Numbered from the whole stretch's first letter, positions 13,501 through 27,194 are shown. The stretch is DNA of 62,536 bases, filler included, from Dirinaria sp. TL-2023a (GCA_051941275.1; 3 parts of 3 records of this genome joined end to end with filler, not necessarily neighbours in it), one strand, 5' to 3'. The notes: a model not told the origin generated them from the letters alone. Translations and numbers: made by a program.

Positions 13501-14647
13501 TCATCAAGAAGGCCGTTCAGGATCACGATAACACCAGGAAGCAGCTAGAGCAGTACAAGGGCCAGCGTGTACTTTTTATCGACAAAGGTCTCACTGGATT
13601 TGCCAATGAGATATCAGAAATGCTCAGCCAGCTTCAGCTTCAGCCTATCGTGGCTAGCCCTGAGCGCTTACTCCCACTCCTCCAAGCTCTCAAGTCGGCC
13701 CCCAAAACTGCATCGCAGCCACCTGACGGTTTGGCTTATGATGTGATTCTGGTGGACGATATGCACATTGCAGATGCGCTTCGTGGTGTCGACGAACTAC
13801 GGTACGTGCCTATCGTGCTGCTGGCACCTGTAGTCTCTGTAAGCATGAAATCGGCCCTGGACCTCGGGGTCGCGTCGTATATGACTACACCTTGTCGTCC
13901 TGTCGATCTTGGTAACGGCATGATTCCAGCCCTGGAAGGGCGCCAGTCGACCACGGCAGCCGATCACTCGAAGTCATTCGACATACTCCTCGCAGAAGAT
14001 AACGATGTAAACCAGCGACTTGCGGTGAAGATTCTGCAAAAGTACAATCATGGAGTGACAGTGGCGAACAATGGCCTCGAAGCTCTTGAAGCGGTCAAGA
14101 AGAAGCCTTACGAAGTCATCCTCATGGATGTGCAGATGCCTATCATGGGCGGCTTCGAGGCTACCGCAAAGATCAGAGAGTACGAGCGATCCCAAGGCCG
14201 GGTCCGCACGCCCATAATTGCTCTCACAGCTCATGCCATGATGGGAGATCGGGAGAAGTGTATCCAGGCGGATATGGACGAGTACCTCACAAAGCCGTTG
14301 AAGCAAAATGTGATGATGCAGACGATCCTCAAGTGCGCCACTCTGGGAGGGAAGTTGCTACAGCGTGGTACGGAAGCCAGACTTTCAGCGAGTGATGAGC
14401 CTCCCGCAGCCGCTCCGATCACCGCAACCAGAATCCCAGGTCATCAAAAGAAGGATTCGAAGAGTGGGAGGCCGCAACTCGAAGCACGTTCTGTAACGTC
14501 TAGTGTCGTCGACGGCAATGCCGAGAGTCCGTCGTTAATCTCGGCGGACCAGAGAGACCCGTTAGAACGAGTAAGTCACATTTTCCGGAATCGTGCACGT
14601 ATTCCGCTTACACGGCATAGGTCTTGCTGCGCTCTCACAGTGGATAG
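10551..14647 (+). CDS. NIK1: Group III hybrid histidine kinase (six HAMP repeats, HisKA, HATPase, receiver), exons 10551-11439, 11497-14570, 14621-14647
   Basis: Repeated [15 protein letters not shown] units, H-box [20 protein letters not shown]-box [11 protein letters not shown], receiver ILMDVQMP; introns GTAAGT..CAG and GTAAGT..TAG; last exon VLLRSHSG*. Confidence 0.96.
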
Positions 14648-15219
14648 CAGTGCGTTGTACGATGTGGGAGAAATCTGCATTAACGATCTGTCGCATTATT
14701 ATTGAGACGCTGTGCAATCGTCCGGCGTTCTAGATATGGGAGGCATGTTTCGGCAGCTGGACGTTGGACGCATCAGGGCAATCTGGCCGATGGATGAGAT
14801 GAGGAGAGGCAACAGCGTGGTACAACTGGCATGGGGCTACGTGATTCTGAGGGCGTCAGACTCCGACTGTCGACAACACCACGGATTCTTTGAGATTTGT
14901 GTCATTTTAGCGATGATTCCCATGAGTTTCTCTTCTGCGTTGAAGGTTTGTTGACTTGGGGAGCGCGATGCGCAGTGACGGATGCGAGGTCGGCATCTTT
15001 GATTTGTCGACTGGCTTGTAGCTGTAGAGGAGCAAGCAGCTTGCGCGAATCGATTACCATTTTTTTTTCCCAAGCTCATCCGCAACACTGACAGCACTGA
15101 CTCCGTTGAACCTGATCTTACTAAGGTAGTCAGTTGATCCTCTGTGGCGAGCGGCGTGATGATACGAGGGTTCCTCCTAAGGTACCTACCTTACCTGGTA
15201 GATCGGGAGGCGGCTATCG

Positions 15220-15255
15220 AAGGGATCGAAGGGATCCAAGGGATCGAAGGGATCC
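15220..15255 (+). repeat. Four imperfect copies of a 9-nt unit (GAAGGGATC)
   Basis: gaagggatcgaagggatccaagggatcgaagggatcc seen directly. Confidence 0.8.
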
Positions 15256-15722
15256 GATACTGGCCAATTAGCGAGAGGGTTTTCCCCGGGCTCAGCTTGA
15301 CGATGGAGAGACAAGGCTGAGGTGAAGCAAGAAGAAGCAAGAAGAAGCTCGTGCGACCTGTCACTTTATTGGGCTCAACATTTTATGACAAGGCGTCCGA
15401 CCAGGCCAGTCCTTGCGCCCAGAGAGCACAGACGCCTCCTCCCCTCCTGCTTTTCTTCTTACCTGTAACTTGCCATCGATGGACCTCTTCGACTTCCCAT
15501 CTTCATCACTACGGTACAGTACTGAACCAGTGCTGCTCCATCGAATGAATGATGACTGATGCGAGAGGTCTGCGATGTACTCTCCATTATTAGTCGTGAC
15601 TATACTTACCTTGCTCTACCTTACCTTAGCCTCTTCTCTCCGCCGCAACACGGTCAGGTGATCTGGTGATTACGTCACATCCTAGCGCACCCACACCGTC
15701 TAGCGTTTCGCGTCTTGAAAGC

Positions 15723-18700
15723 ATGTCTCGCAAACAGACGCTTAGCGACACATCTCCTTCTCCTTATGCCTCCTATTTCCCCCTCCCTTTCCCTGCTGCC
15801 TTAGATGCGGCAGGTTCACGCCTCCCCGATATACGAGCTCTGCAAAGACGCATACATAACAGCAGGGCGGTTTTGCAACGCTTGCCTCATAGCCCGGAGT
15901 ACACAGCAGAAAGATTAAAAATCGAGAACGAAGTGGGCATCATGCAGGGTAAGCTGCAAGCGCTGGAGCGGGAAGCAGATGCCCAACTACACGCCGACAA
16001 TATGAGGTTCCTGGAAGATAGTGGTGCAAAGGTGGGGAACGGGCAAGGCTCGCCCCAGGCTCTTACCTCTCCTGCCGGACCCCAGTCGAGCCGTCTGTCG
16101 ACACCTTGTCCAGATAGGTCCAGGAAGCGGGATAGAGGCAGCAGTAGCAGCAGCTCGAACGACCACATAACTAAGTCAATGCGCGCGACTCCAAGTCCTG
16201 CAGTCACCGGTCCTACAACTCCGGCATCGCCCGACTCTTTGGATTTTGAGGAGAGTGATGAGCTCATCCGTCTGCTGGGAGGTGATCCCAAACAGCATAT
16301 GCGCGAGATGCGCGAAGAACAGCGCAGAGAAGAGGAGGCTCTACAAGCCAGAAGGGAGCAAGAGCGAATGGATGAGGAAATGGCCAGACAAATGGAGGAA
16401 GCAGAAAATTCGCTCCTTGTGTCGTCACCAGAGCCGTCAGGCCCGGGAGCTAGATCTAGCCAACCACCTCGTGCTCATTCACAGACCTACTTCAGCCCCG
16501 GAGGTAGACTTCAAGCTCGCCAAGCGCAGACTCCTACCACTTTACCGTCCAGAAGCTCCCCTCATTCGTCCGCAAGAAACAACTACGACTCTCCTGGTAG
16601 GGCCAAGGTTGAGTATCCGTCCACGAAGCTAAGACCATTTCAACCGCAGAAGGCTCCGGATTTCATTGACCTTGGAGACGACGACGATTTCGTCGATCTG
16701 ACGGGAAACTCTAGTAGCCCTGTGGAAAATAACTCCCATCTTTGGCCCCCTGATGGATTCAATGTTTCAAGCGGACGTTCGCTACCGTGGGTAAAAAACG
16801 AGCGTCAGATTCCCACCGTCAACGCCGTCAACGGCTTCCTTGGTAATGAATCAGCCTACGCTCTACCGGGATCTTTTGCGAGCAATGGCATTCCCCAGCA
16901 AAGCTCTTCAGATTGGGGCACTACAGTAGGAAACTTTCTGCAGACAGGTCTGAATGCGGCTCAGAGCGTTTACAACGCTGGCTCCTCAATGCTAGATCCA
17001 TATTCTGCTTATGGCAGTGCAGGGTATGGGCCAGCAGGATCTTCAGACAATCCTATCCCATTCGGTGGCAACTATTCCCTTTCTAACAGGGATAATCTTG
17101 CGTACAGTGGCCTGAATGCCCATTCGATCGACATCAATGATCCACAAAATCAGGAGCTCATCAGTCGCTACCGAGACCGTGTTGACTACCTAACGCACGA
17201 TCCGACACGTACAACTGAGGAAATTAAATCCCTGTTAGAGAACATTCGGCCTGACGAGGATCTACCCAAGGAGAATCGCGAAGGCACGCCTGATGCCATG
17301 ACATACCCATTAATGGAACACCAGAAGCTTGGCCTTGCCTGGATGAGAAAGATGGAAGAAGGATCGAACAAAGGGGGGATCTTGGCAGATGATATGGGGT
17401 TGTAAGTTGGTATCTTTTCTTACTTTCTATACCTTGTTCAGACTTGATACGAGATTCGGAAATTTTTTGGTGTTTATGCACTCCACAATCAACCTTGCCG
17501 CTTGCAATCCCTCGGTGCAGAAGTACTAACTCTGAAACTATGTAGGGGCAAAACCATTCAAGCGCTTGCGCTCATGGTCTCGAGGCGATCGCAGGACCCT
17601 GGTCGTAAAACCACTTTGATCGTTGCACCGGTAGCATTGATGAAGCAATGGGAACGAGAAATTCGGCGGATGTTGAAACCAGACCGGCAGCACCGGCTGA
17701 GCACTTTCATCATGCATGGTCAAAATCGAAGTGCATCATGGGAAAAGCTACGAACGTTCGATGTGGTGCTGACGACATTTGGTACCTTGGCCACTGAGCT
17801 TAAACGCAAAGAAGGCATCGATATGGCCAAGAGGGCCAACCCGAACTGGAGGCCTATGGGCAAAGCCGACCAGCTACCACTCTTAGGCGACGGATGCAAG
17901 TGGTACCGGGTAATCATTGATGAAGCGCAATGCATCAAGAACAAAAACACCCGGGCTGCAGTTGCAGCCTCGTCTCTACAAACGCTCACAAGGTTTTGTA
18001 TGACAGGGACGCCAATGATGAACAATATCGGCGAGCTCTATTCCCTTATCCGTTTCCTGCGCATCAAACCTTACGATGTCTCGGAGGTATTTAATCGCGA
18101 TTTCGCCAACCCACTTAAGAGAGGCACAGGCGAGGGCGCCGAAAAGGCCATGCGAATGCTGCAAGCCCTTCTGAAGGCGATCCTACTTCGCCGAACCAAG
18201 AAATCGACAATCGATGGCAAGCCAATTTGCACTTTGCCAGAGCGGACCACGGAAGCGCAAGGTGCTGAATTCAGCAGCGACGAACGCGATTTCTATCGGG
18301 CTTTGGAAACACAGACGCAACTACAATTCAACAAGTATATCAAGGCTGGCACGGTGGGTAAAAATTACTCCAATGTGCTGGTTTTGTTACTGCGACTGCG
18401 CCAAGCCTGCTGTCATCCACACCTGATCAAGGACTTTGGGGTGGCATCTGGCAGTCCAGACCTGACTCTAGAGGAAATGCTAGAGGTTGCCAAAGAACTT
18501 GCTCCATCGGTCGTTGCTCAGATACGAGAAAGGACTGGCAGCGGAGATTTGGGTGGTCTCGAATGTCCGATATGCATGGACATGTCGGAAGATGCGTCTA
18601 TCATCATACCTTGCGGGCACAGCACTTGCTCTGAGTGCTTCGCTCGCATTACGGACCCTTCTCAGGCCATCGCCAATGGTGATGCTGAAGCTAACTCGAA

Positions 18701-19771
18701 CGGCATCAAGTGCCCAGAATGCCGCGGAAAGATCGACCTCCGGAAGGTCATAAACCATCAAGCCTTCAAAAAGGTACACATGCCTGGCTTCGCTGGGGAG
18801 GATTCGGGCTCCGGTACTGCAGCGCATGAGGATGAGGATGAGGACGACGATGACGAAGATGAAACAGAGGATGAGAGTGGAGAAAGCGATGTTGACTCGG
18901 ACGATTCGGGTAGTCTCAAGGATTTCGTCGTGGATGACGATGTCGTCGATGACGAAACGGGAGATGATTCCAACGATGATGCCGAAGGCTACCGCAAGGG
19001 CAAGACTCCTTTCGAGAAGTCGGCTACGCAGCAGAAGGAGAAGAGGAAGTCCAAGGGAAAGGGCAAAGGAAAAGCCGTTGAAAAACCGTCCAGAAAAACA
19101 CTTGCCCAACTCAAGAAAGAGGGTAACCGTAACGCTAAGGCACGGCAGAAATATCTAAACCGCCTTCGTAAAGAGTATGTGCCCAGCGCTAAGATTGAAA
19201 AGGTGATGGAAATCCTCCGCGCCATACAAGAAAGCAAGAGCGGCGAGAAGACTATCATTTTTAGTCAATTTACTTCGCTTCTCGACCTGCTTGAACTCCC
19301 GATCGCTGACGAGCACTGGAAATACAAACGCTACGATGGGAGCATGAATCCTAAAACACGTAATGAAGCAGTCCTTGAATTCACCGACAACGACGATTGC
19401 AAGATCATGCTCGTCTCTCTCAAAGCAGGCAATTCTGGCCTGAACCTGGTCGCAGCTTCTCAAGTCATCATCTTCGACCCCTTCTGGAATCCCTATATCG
19501 AAGAGCAGGCGATCGACCGTGCTCACCGTATTGGGCAATTGAGACCTGTCAAGGTCCACCGCATACTCGTACCGGACACGGTGGAAGATAGGATCCTGAA
19601 ACTACAAGAAGAGAAGAGATTGCTCATTGAGGGCGCGCTAGATGAGAAGGCCAGTCAAAACATCGGCAGATTGGGAATTAGGGAGCTGTCATACCTCTTT
19701 GTAAGTCGCTCCATTGCGATCTTCTTAACATGGCCTTTTGCTGATGTGTCTAGGGCGTGTCACACCGCTGA
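15723..19771 (+). CDS. ULS1: SNF2-family ATPase with RING finger, Uls1/Ris1 (Rrp1/2)-like SUMO-targeted ligase; exons 15723-17401, 17546-19700, 19754-19771
   Basis: GGILADDMGL|GKT Walker A, IIDEAQCIKN, CMTGTPMMN, RING CPIC..CGH..C..C..CPEC, QAIDRAHRIGQ; SIM-like DFIDL/FVDLT in N-term; GTAAGT donors at 17402 and 19701. Confidence 0.88.
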
Positions 19772-20831
19772 ATCACCAATAAAAATATCGCTAGTCTTCC
19801 GTTCCAGTTGTCTTCCTAATATCCACACTTGCCAATTCAGATCGACCGAAGTTCGTGCCTTCCCCAAGAACGTTGAATATTGCGCTAGTCAATCATTTGA
19901 CTACCTTACGGATTGATCATCACAGCTTAGCACCCGTATCCGTTCTCCCTTACTCTTCGAGCCTTCCTGCCTAGCCCACCATCAACCCAAATACCGCCCA
20001 CACCGACCAAATTCAGCACATTACAAATTCCGGTACCCCTTTCACTCATTGCACGAACCGAACCCCCAAAAAACCAAAAGAAAAAAAAAGTTTTCAAACA
20101 TTTAGAAGATACCCCTTCTGCTTGCGCAGACTTCGCCACAGGCATGGAGCAAGGGGCGGCGGAAAATGGAATGGAGGAAAAGTCTTATCTTTCTTGCTAT
20201 CGGAGGTCTTTGTTAAGCTTGTTTTAAGTACCTCAACTTTGAGGTAGTGACATGCCGCATGTCTTGCAAGCTACCTTGAGCTGCGCGCGCTATCTGCCTT
20301 TGTTAAATCACAGAATAGCATTGGAGAAGAAGGAGAAGAAGAAGAAGAAAGTGTATGGTACCTAAACTGTGCTGCTAGTCTAAAGTTACTTTACCTTATC
20401 ATTCTGCCCACTCCGTTTTTTACCTGGCTTTTCATTGCTCTTATCTTTTCACCTTGCGCTTATTCGAAGAATCAAACAAAAAAACAAAAACAAAAAGAGA
20501 TATCCACAAGTCATCATTCTGACATTATCGTCATCGTTGTTCAATTTTTTCTCTTTCGATCCTCTAATTAATCCTTCGCACCACTCAGATTTCATGCTCT
20601 AATATAAGGGGAATCTCACCACTACTACCAAAAAAAAGAGTCAATGGTATTTGACTTTGCCTAACTTTTCTTTCCTTCTTTTTTTACCCGCGACTTATGA
20701 TCCGTTTTATGGTGATACTTGATTTCTACTTCCCTCCTGACAGTCTCTTCAAAAAAAAAAAAAAAAAAAATTCCTTCCATCTCGCTCCCTACCCACCCAT
20801 CATCGAGAAAATCCCTACCAGAATACAATAT

Positions 20832-20931
20832 NNNNNNNNNNNNNNNNNNNNNNNNNNNNNNNNNNNNNNNNNNNNTTAATTAATTAANNNNNNNNNNNNN
20901 NNNNNNNNNNNNNNNNNNNNNNNNNNNNNNN
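20832..20931. other. Artificial contig linker (N44-TTAATTAATTAA-N44)
   Basis: Six-frame stop linker, identical to 41758-41857. Confidence 0.98.
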
Positions 20932-21774
20932 AGAGAGAGAGAATCTTGTATTGAGATTGAACTTTACTAGACCTCAATTCTGATTATCGAAGAGGTTTGA
21001 TAGGTTTTTTGCTGAGCGTACGCGCTCTGGTTCGCTGATGTAATTAGATTGGAACGTCCCTCTTAGTTCGTAGATAGAATGACGTCAAGCTGATGAGATT
21101 CGGTTTGTGTAGACGATAAAGTATCGTAGGAAAGGAGTTAGGTATGAGAGACTCTTTTTTCTAATTTTTCGTTAGGTTAGAAGTCTGTGATAAAAAATCT
21201 ATTGGGGCTTTTGCTGCCAAGGCCATGACTCTGGGGTTTTGTTTCGGTGGGGAAGGGACGCTGGTTAAGGTCGCGTTCTTCTTTTGTGGAGGTATGGTTG
21301 GCCATTGAACTAAGAAGATGCGGTGGTTCTAGGATAGCAGTGTCCACACCGTATGAGTAGTATTGATATAATTATCGACATCACTCATAAGGCGTAAATA
21401 ATATGGCTTTGCAGAAACCGCGCGTACCTAAAGGTACTTGGTTCAATCTTGGTTTAATGGTCTGGCAAACCTTCGCTTATATATGTAGGTAAGATTGCTT
21501 GGGGACTGATGCAAGGTTGGACTGGAAGATTACTTCCTGCTTCGACAGCGTGGCGCTTTTGGTCTTGCATATTAGCCATTTTCATGAACCCAGTGAGTTT
21601 TGTGAAAGGACACAGTCATTGTATGGTTGACAGTGTATGAATTATCATTGTCTAGCCTTCAGCACTAATCAAAGCACGGATCGGATAGGATCTGCGAGAT
21701 TTAGAGAGATGAAGCTAAAGCACTTGACCTGGATTCCGTGCTCGTCGTTCTGGGGCTCCTCAAAGCCTCACCGC

Positions 21775-22890
21775 CTAACCATTCAATGTGAAAAGGAGGT
21801 TGTAACTGAAGAAGGAAGTGAACATCGTTATGGACTCGATTTCGCGGCCTCCCAGGTCGTTTTGATGATTGATCAGGAGGTAAGCCATGCTCACAGCATG
21901 CGGCGTACCCATGAGAGCTTCGTACTGCGTGGATCCTCTCATGTACCTGACGCCAGGCCACTCGTCCTCAAACTCTTCCACCCCAACACCCACTGCCTGC
22001 TCCATGATGTACTTAGTATTTTCCGTTACAATCTGATGCTTGAAGATGTATTTCAACCTGGTCGGATCTTCGTGTTGCATCATGCATTCGTACGTCCATA
22101 GAACCCATGTGATATCCGACCATTTATGCGGTTGTGGTATGTACCTTGCCAAATCACTCCTGGGCGAGTTCGGATGACTAAGCTCGGCGTAATAGAGAGG
22201 GCTGAAGTTGTATACCCCGGCGATCATTCTGTCTTGGGCATTGTAGACTTGGTCGAATTGAGCGTCGGTTGGATCCTGATGGGTCTCGACGTCAGTGTTC
22301 CATCACTTATACAGATGTACTTGAACGCTCAGGATTGAAGTCGTAGAGCATGATCAGGAAAGATCAAAAGCGCTCACATTCTCGTCTTCATAGCAATTGG
22401 CAAAGCGCCTGTCTTGACGGCAATCTATTTTTCGATTCTCATCAAAGTCGATTCCCAGTTGCTCATATGGACCGCCAGGTTCATTGTAATCTTCGGTGTA
22501 CTGATCTGTGCTGATGACGTTGATCGTCCAGCCATTCGCCTAAAATTCGACGTCAAATTATACTTTCGTGAGAACTAAGCGCTAACGTACTCGAAGCTGG
22601 TCCACCGTTGTCCACGGACTTTCTTCTCCTCCCCGTTGTATCATGTCCACCATTCTTTGGCCCTTTGCCACAGCTTCGTCCCATGTTATCGTGACGTCGC
22701 GTCGCTTGAGTTGATGCTCTTTAGTAGCATTGGCGAGAACCAGATCAGTGGAAATGGAAAAGCTGGCTGGGATTGACCGGAAAGACCCTGGGATCTTGTT
22801 CGTGGCTGCAGGAGGCGTGCCAGTGAGGTGAAGCAGCGCCGTGAGACCGAGCAAGAGTAGAGCCGAAAGGATGCTAGCAGTCTGAGCCAT
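21775..22890 (-). CDS. Secreted, probably Kex2-processed protein of unknown function; exons 22890-22591, 22539-22378, 22275-21775
   Basis: Hydrophobic signal peptide, LKRR pro-site, introns GTACGT..TAG and GTGAGC..CAG splice in frame; W-SD-TW and ALMGTPHAVSMAYLLINHQNDLG resemble a widespread uncharacterised fungal family. Confidence 0.78.
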
Positions 22891-23203
22891 TTTGAATCCC
22901 GACGAAAGTGTGTTGCGCGAAACGAGTTTGGTTGGGGATTCCAGATGTTTGTCAAAGTAAGGATTTACGAGGTGGGAATAAAGCGCGTTCCGACGTGATA
23001 CGAAAGTGGGTCTTCAAGTGGACAACAACAAAGACCCAACGACGGGCAGTTGAATTTTACCTTCCCTTAGAATGTGAAAGTCTCGCGGAATAGGCGAGCG
23101 GTTCAAGCAACTTCAGATAAAGTCCACGGAAAGTAGAAATGTCACCAATTGCCTAGGACAATTAAGTCTACCCCAGGTTACGCTATGGAAGGTGAAAGCG
23201 GCT

Positions 23204-23630
23204 TCAACGACATGGCAAGGCTAAGCGTCGATAAATACTAAGGGACATGTACATGTATGTAGGAGACAAATTACGAGCAAACCGCAGTGTGTACAGCTTT
23301 ACGCAGAGGCCCGAAGTAACTGGGTTCAGACTGTCCGACGACTTTGTTCCCGTCCCCATCCCCTTCTCCAGCTTTGCAGCCTGCTGAGCATTGAGATCTG
23401 CACTCTTCCAGTATTGTAGCTCAGCTTGATCATCTTTTTCATAGACCACTTTGATGCTTTCACCCAGTGACTCCGGTAACTCCTTCTTGAACGTCAGCAG
23501 CTTCTTCTTCCATTCCGTGTGCATGGTGACAATTTCCATACCAGATCCTCGCTTAGTCGAAATTTCTCGATCTTCTTCGACTTGTTTCCGTTTCAGTGCG
23601 CGTTCGTGAATTACTGGATCTGTACGTCAT
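23204..23630 (-). CDS. Possible gene fragment, hypothetical protein
   Basis: Open frame DPVIHERALKRKQ...LQYWKSADLNAQQAAKLEKG looks protein-like; no complete gene model found. Confidence 0.3.
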
Positions 23631-24242
23631 TTGCGTTGACTTTGCCCCAGAACTGTCTGGAACCTCAAAATACAAAGGCTGCATTGTTGTTTCATGGCTG
23701 CCCTCACAGTCGTCTGGCAGTCGATGCTCTCCATGGGTCAGAGGGAAAAAATCCTATTCCATCCTGTTCCTCCGCGTCACTCTCTCAGCAAATTATCCTA
23801 ATTGAAGAAAACGCTCTGGTTCCATGGCACCAATGGGCATATCAACAGCTGAAGTAGTGGACGGCCGATACTTGGAAAAATCACCTTATGGTGGCTTGGA
23901 TTGTTGATGTCTAGCTTCTTGGCAGCAGATCATAGGGCTGACACCGCGGCTACTCGAGCATCCTCGATCCGAGATATGATAAGGTACTTTATGCAGAGCG
24001 ATCATAAGTATGTCGGGTTCTTGGCACTTCAATATCAATCCACGTACGCCCTACCAAATGCGCAAATCAAAACTATTCGTGAGACAAGGATTGACAAATT
24101 AAACGTGAATCAGAAGACCGTAGACTTGAATCTGTTGTAAGCAATTCTGCATACAACCCAGCACACTCGCTATCGTAACTTTAAGTAAACCATCGATCTA
24201 TTCGGCTTCTCCCACAGCAGACTCTTCCCTATCCAATCCACC

Positions 24243-24765
24243 TTATGAAGGACTCGCAGTCAGAGTCTGGCTCGTCTGACTCCCAACCGTAACCTGGACC
24301 GAGAAATTCTTAAGGATAGGCTCGTACAGGGCGCCTACAAGAGAATACAGTACACCATTGAAAACCGCCTGCCCGCTCTGAACCTCCTCTGGAATATCCA
24401 CGCTCGTCGAAATATTATCCAGGATATTGGACTTAGCTATGCGCCTTAAGTCAGCGACCTTGCTTCCACAACTTCAAACTTATAACACCATGAGGTCTTT
24501 TTGTCTACTCACTTGGACCAAGATAAAGCGAGTTCAACAACGTCGAGCCCATGCTCTCATTGGCTAAGACATTGGGGCCGGCTGCCGTGAGTCCGAAAGC
24601 GATTGCAACGTCCTCGACTGACTGGATATAGTCGGCTGTAATGATCGTGACTGGGATTGTAGAGTTACGAGCGATGGTACTAGGAACCGCGATGCCCGTG
24701 ATGATTGCTGACGCGAAAAGGGGTAGGAATGCAATGCATGCATTGAGGTAGGGAAGGCAGTGCAT
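24243..24765 (-). CDS. NIS1: NIS1-family small secreted effector (148 aa); exons 24765-24513, 24436-24243
   Basis: Signal peptide; ITGIAVPSTI, ADYIQSVEDVAIAFG, YLGP|TKSNI, LYSLVGALYEP..F.VQVTVG match Nis1; 76-nt GTGAGT..TAG intron, 447 nt spliced. Confidence 0.88.
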
Positions 24766-25688
24766 TGTTGTGGTGGTGGTTGCTTAATAGTGGTCAATCG
24801 TAAATGCTCAATTTTGTGGGGATTGAATTGCTTGACTCAGTTAGGAGAGATGCGGTCGAGTCTGATGACATCTGGTACATGAATTAAATGTGAAGGTTAG
24901 CTTACTTTACAAGTGTTGATGGATGAACGGTAATCTTACGTGATTTGCTCTAAATATTTAGGAGCAAGGGCGTAAATGCGTCCACTTTCTACTTGAGGTT
25001 CCTCTACCAGCCCTACACTCCCTTGAAACTTAATGCTTTTCTCATGGAAGTACTGTCTTGAAGTTCTCCTGTAGCGCGAGAGAAGCTAAACCAGTAGTCC
25101 AGACACTCTTTCCGCATCTGTTGCCCTCATGTGAATCGTTACAAATAGTTTTACTCTATTCAGAAATTACTGAGAGCAATAGTAAATGTGTTATCATGGC
25201 CATGCAAATCTTCGGCCACATCTTACTCAATCCAAAATCCCGTTTTGATTGGCGCTTGACTCATGAATAATTTAGCTACATTGATAAAAATGAGTCGCCC
25301 GGAGTTTGACTCGACGTCCAGTGTCTAAACCTAGAATATTTATCCTGTCGGTCACTTATCAAAAAAGAAAAGCTTTAAATCAATGGCAAGAGAGTATCAA
25401 TGATCGGAGATCAATTGAGATCTGACAAGTCTAGAGACCTGAACTATCGACTCTAAGATAGTCTCCTACGCTCAAAGGCCGATGAAAATACACGACTGAA
25501 CTGAATAATTTGTTCAAGGGAGAGTATTCCGAGAGATCAAACCCGGTTGAAGATCTGTATCTACTAGTGTCTCCAGATAAGTACTGAGCGGCATTAGTTC
25601 GAAAGAGCGGTGTAGGGAGGAGCTCTTATCACGACGCAACATTAACGACGAATAAACGTCCTTCTCGATTTGGACTTTGAGAGGCCCG

Positions 25689-27194
25689 CTATTGGGTCTT
25701 CATTGATGCTTCGAACATTCTCTCAACTTCAGCAACGAGGTCATAATTTACGACCCACTGCGTGTAATTGTCAAGCGGCAATTTACCTAGAGTGCAGGTT
25801 AGTTGAGAATATGCGGAGACTTTTAGAAATAAAGTTAAAGAACAAACCCTTGATCCAAATGAAAAGATACATGATATACTCTGCTAGGATGCCCTTCTCA
25901 CGCTTCATGTCACCCATCTGCTTGGCATGGTCTGCTATTCGCTTGGCTCTGGGCATGCGTACTGTACAGTAAGACTTGAATGCCATTTGAAGCAGTTCAT
26001 CTTGCCGTCTGGGGTGGCTTTGCGCATGGCGAAGGTTTTCGGCCAAAAACATACTCAGTGCCTGGGCATCCTCAAGTGCCTGGCTGGTTCCTTGCCCGCT
26101 GCTCGTTTGTAATGCATGCGCTGCGTCACCAACCAGAACAAGGCCGGGTGCTTCCCACGTTGGCAAGTCTGGAGTGGTCCAGGTGGGGTAGATCGAGTCT
26201 ACCGTCACCCCGCTAACGATCCTTTGTATGGTAGGATCTTTCCAGCCTGCGTAGCGACTCTGCAAATCATTACAGATCGCGACTTTATCGAAGTTGTCGG
26301 AAGATGGAAGTGAGGGAAGGGAGTAAGTAGACCACCAGACTGCCTGGGAGCCTGAAGCACAGACGGAAACGGCATTAGACGTTGACAAAGCCGAGGCACT
26401 GCAAGCACCATAGCCAAAAAAACCGTTGTATCCGAAGGTCATTGTCGTCGTGTTGGGTGGCTCATCGGAGGAAAGATACGACGCTGGAATAAAGCCGCCA
26501 ACGCCTACAAGACCCCTAAGGTAAATTAGAGGATTACTCTAGGTGAGCTACTGCTCGAGGTCGAAAGCAAGACTCACTCATACACCGCAGGAAGAGCGTC
26601 ATCTTTTCCATCGCCTGTGATGGCATTTTTGACGACGCTCCTCACACCATCAGCGCCAACGATGAAATCAGCTTCCAAGTCCGGTGAACCTTCTGCGAAG
26701 CAAGCTCGTGGGCGCTGAGACCCATTGCCTGGAATTACTTGGATCACTGTCTTGCACACCACGTCCTCGTCTGGAACTCGATCGCGTAAGCAGTCCCAGA
26801 TACCCTGTCTACTTGTTAGAATCGTATGCAGTGGTGGTTCGCCTGCATCGGTCATAGGAAAATCGGCAAGAGACCAGCCTTGCCGACTCTGAAGTCTGAA
26901 CTTTGAGACCGAGTAGGCCTGATTGATCACATCATCAAAAAGATCTTGGTCCAGGGTCTTGAGTACACGGAGGCCATTAGGCGCAATCCCTAAGGCGCCT
27001 CCTACACCTTGCGCAAAGCTGGCTGGGGCAGTTACAGAGGATTTGGACCGATGCTGGCGCCTCGGAGCTTCGTGTGATTCGCAGACGCAGATTTGGAGCG
27101 AAGTATCATGGGGAAGGGCTGGAGGAAGCAGCTTCTTGAGGAAGATATAGGTGCTCAACCCACTTATCCCCCCACCAACGATGATAATTTTCAT
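25689..27194 (-). CDS. FAD-dependent monooxygenase; exons 27194-26578, 26515-25848, 25786-25689
   Basis: IIIVGGGISG, IVGADGVRS and LVGDAAHALQTSSGQGTSQALEDA motifs; two GT-AG introns restore frame. Confidence 0.9.

Noticed and set aside
15602..15613. ATACTTACCT resembling the U1 snRNA 5' end
   Set aside because: No U1 stems or Sm site follow; it is part of the TACCTT motif cluster.
15549..15665. ATGATGA C-box-like motif
   Set aside because: No properly spaced terminal D box or recognisable rRNA guide.
20876..20887. TTAATTAATTAA palindrome between N runs (also 41802-41813)
   Set aside because: Synthetic six-frame stop linker, not biological.
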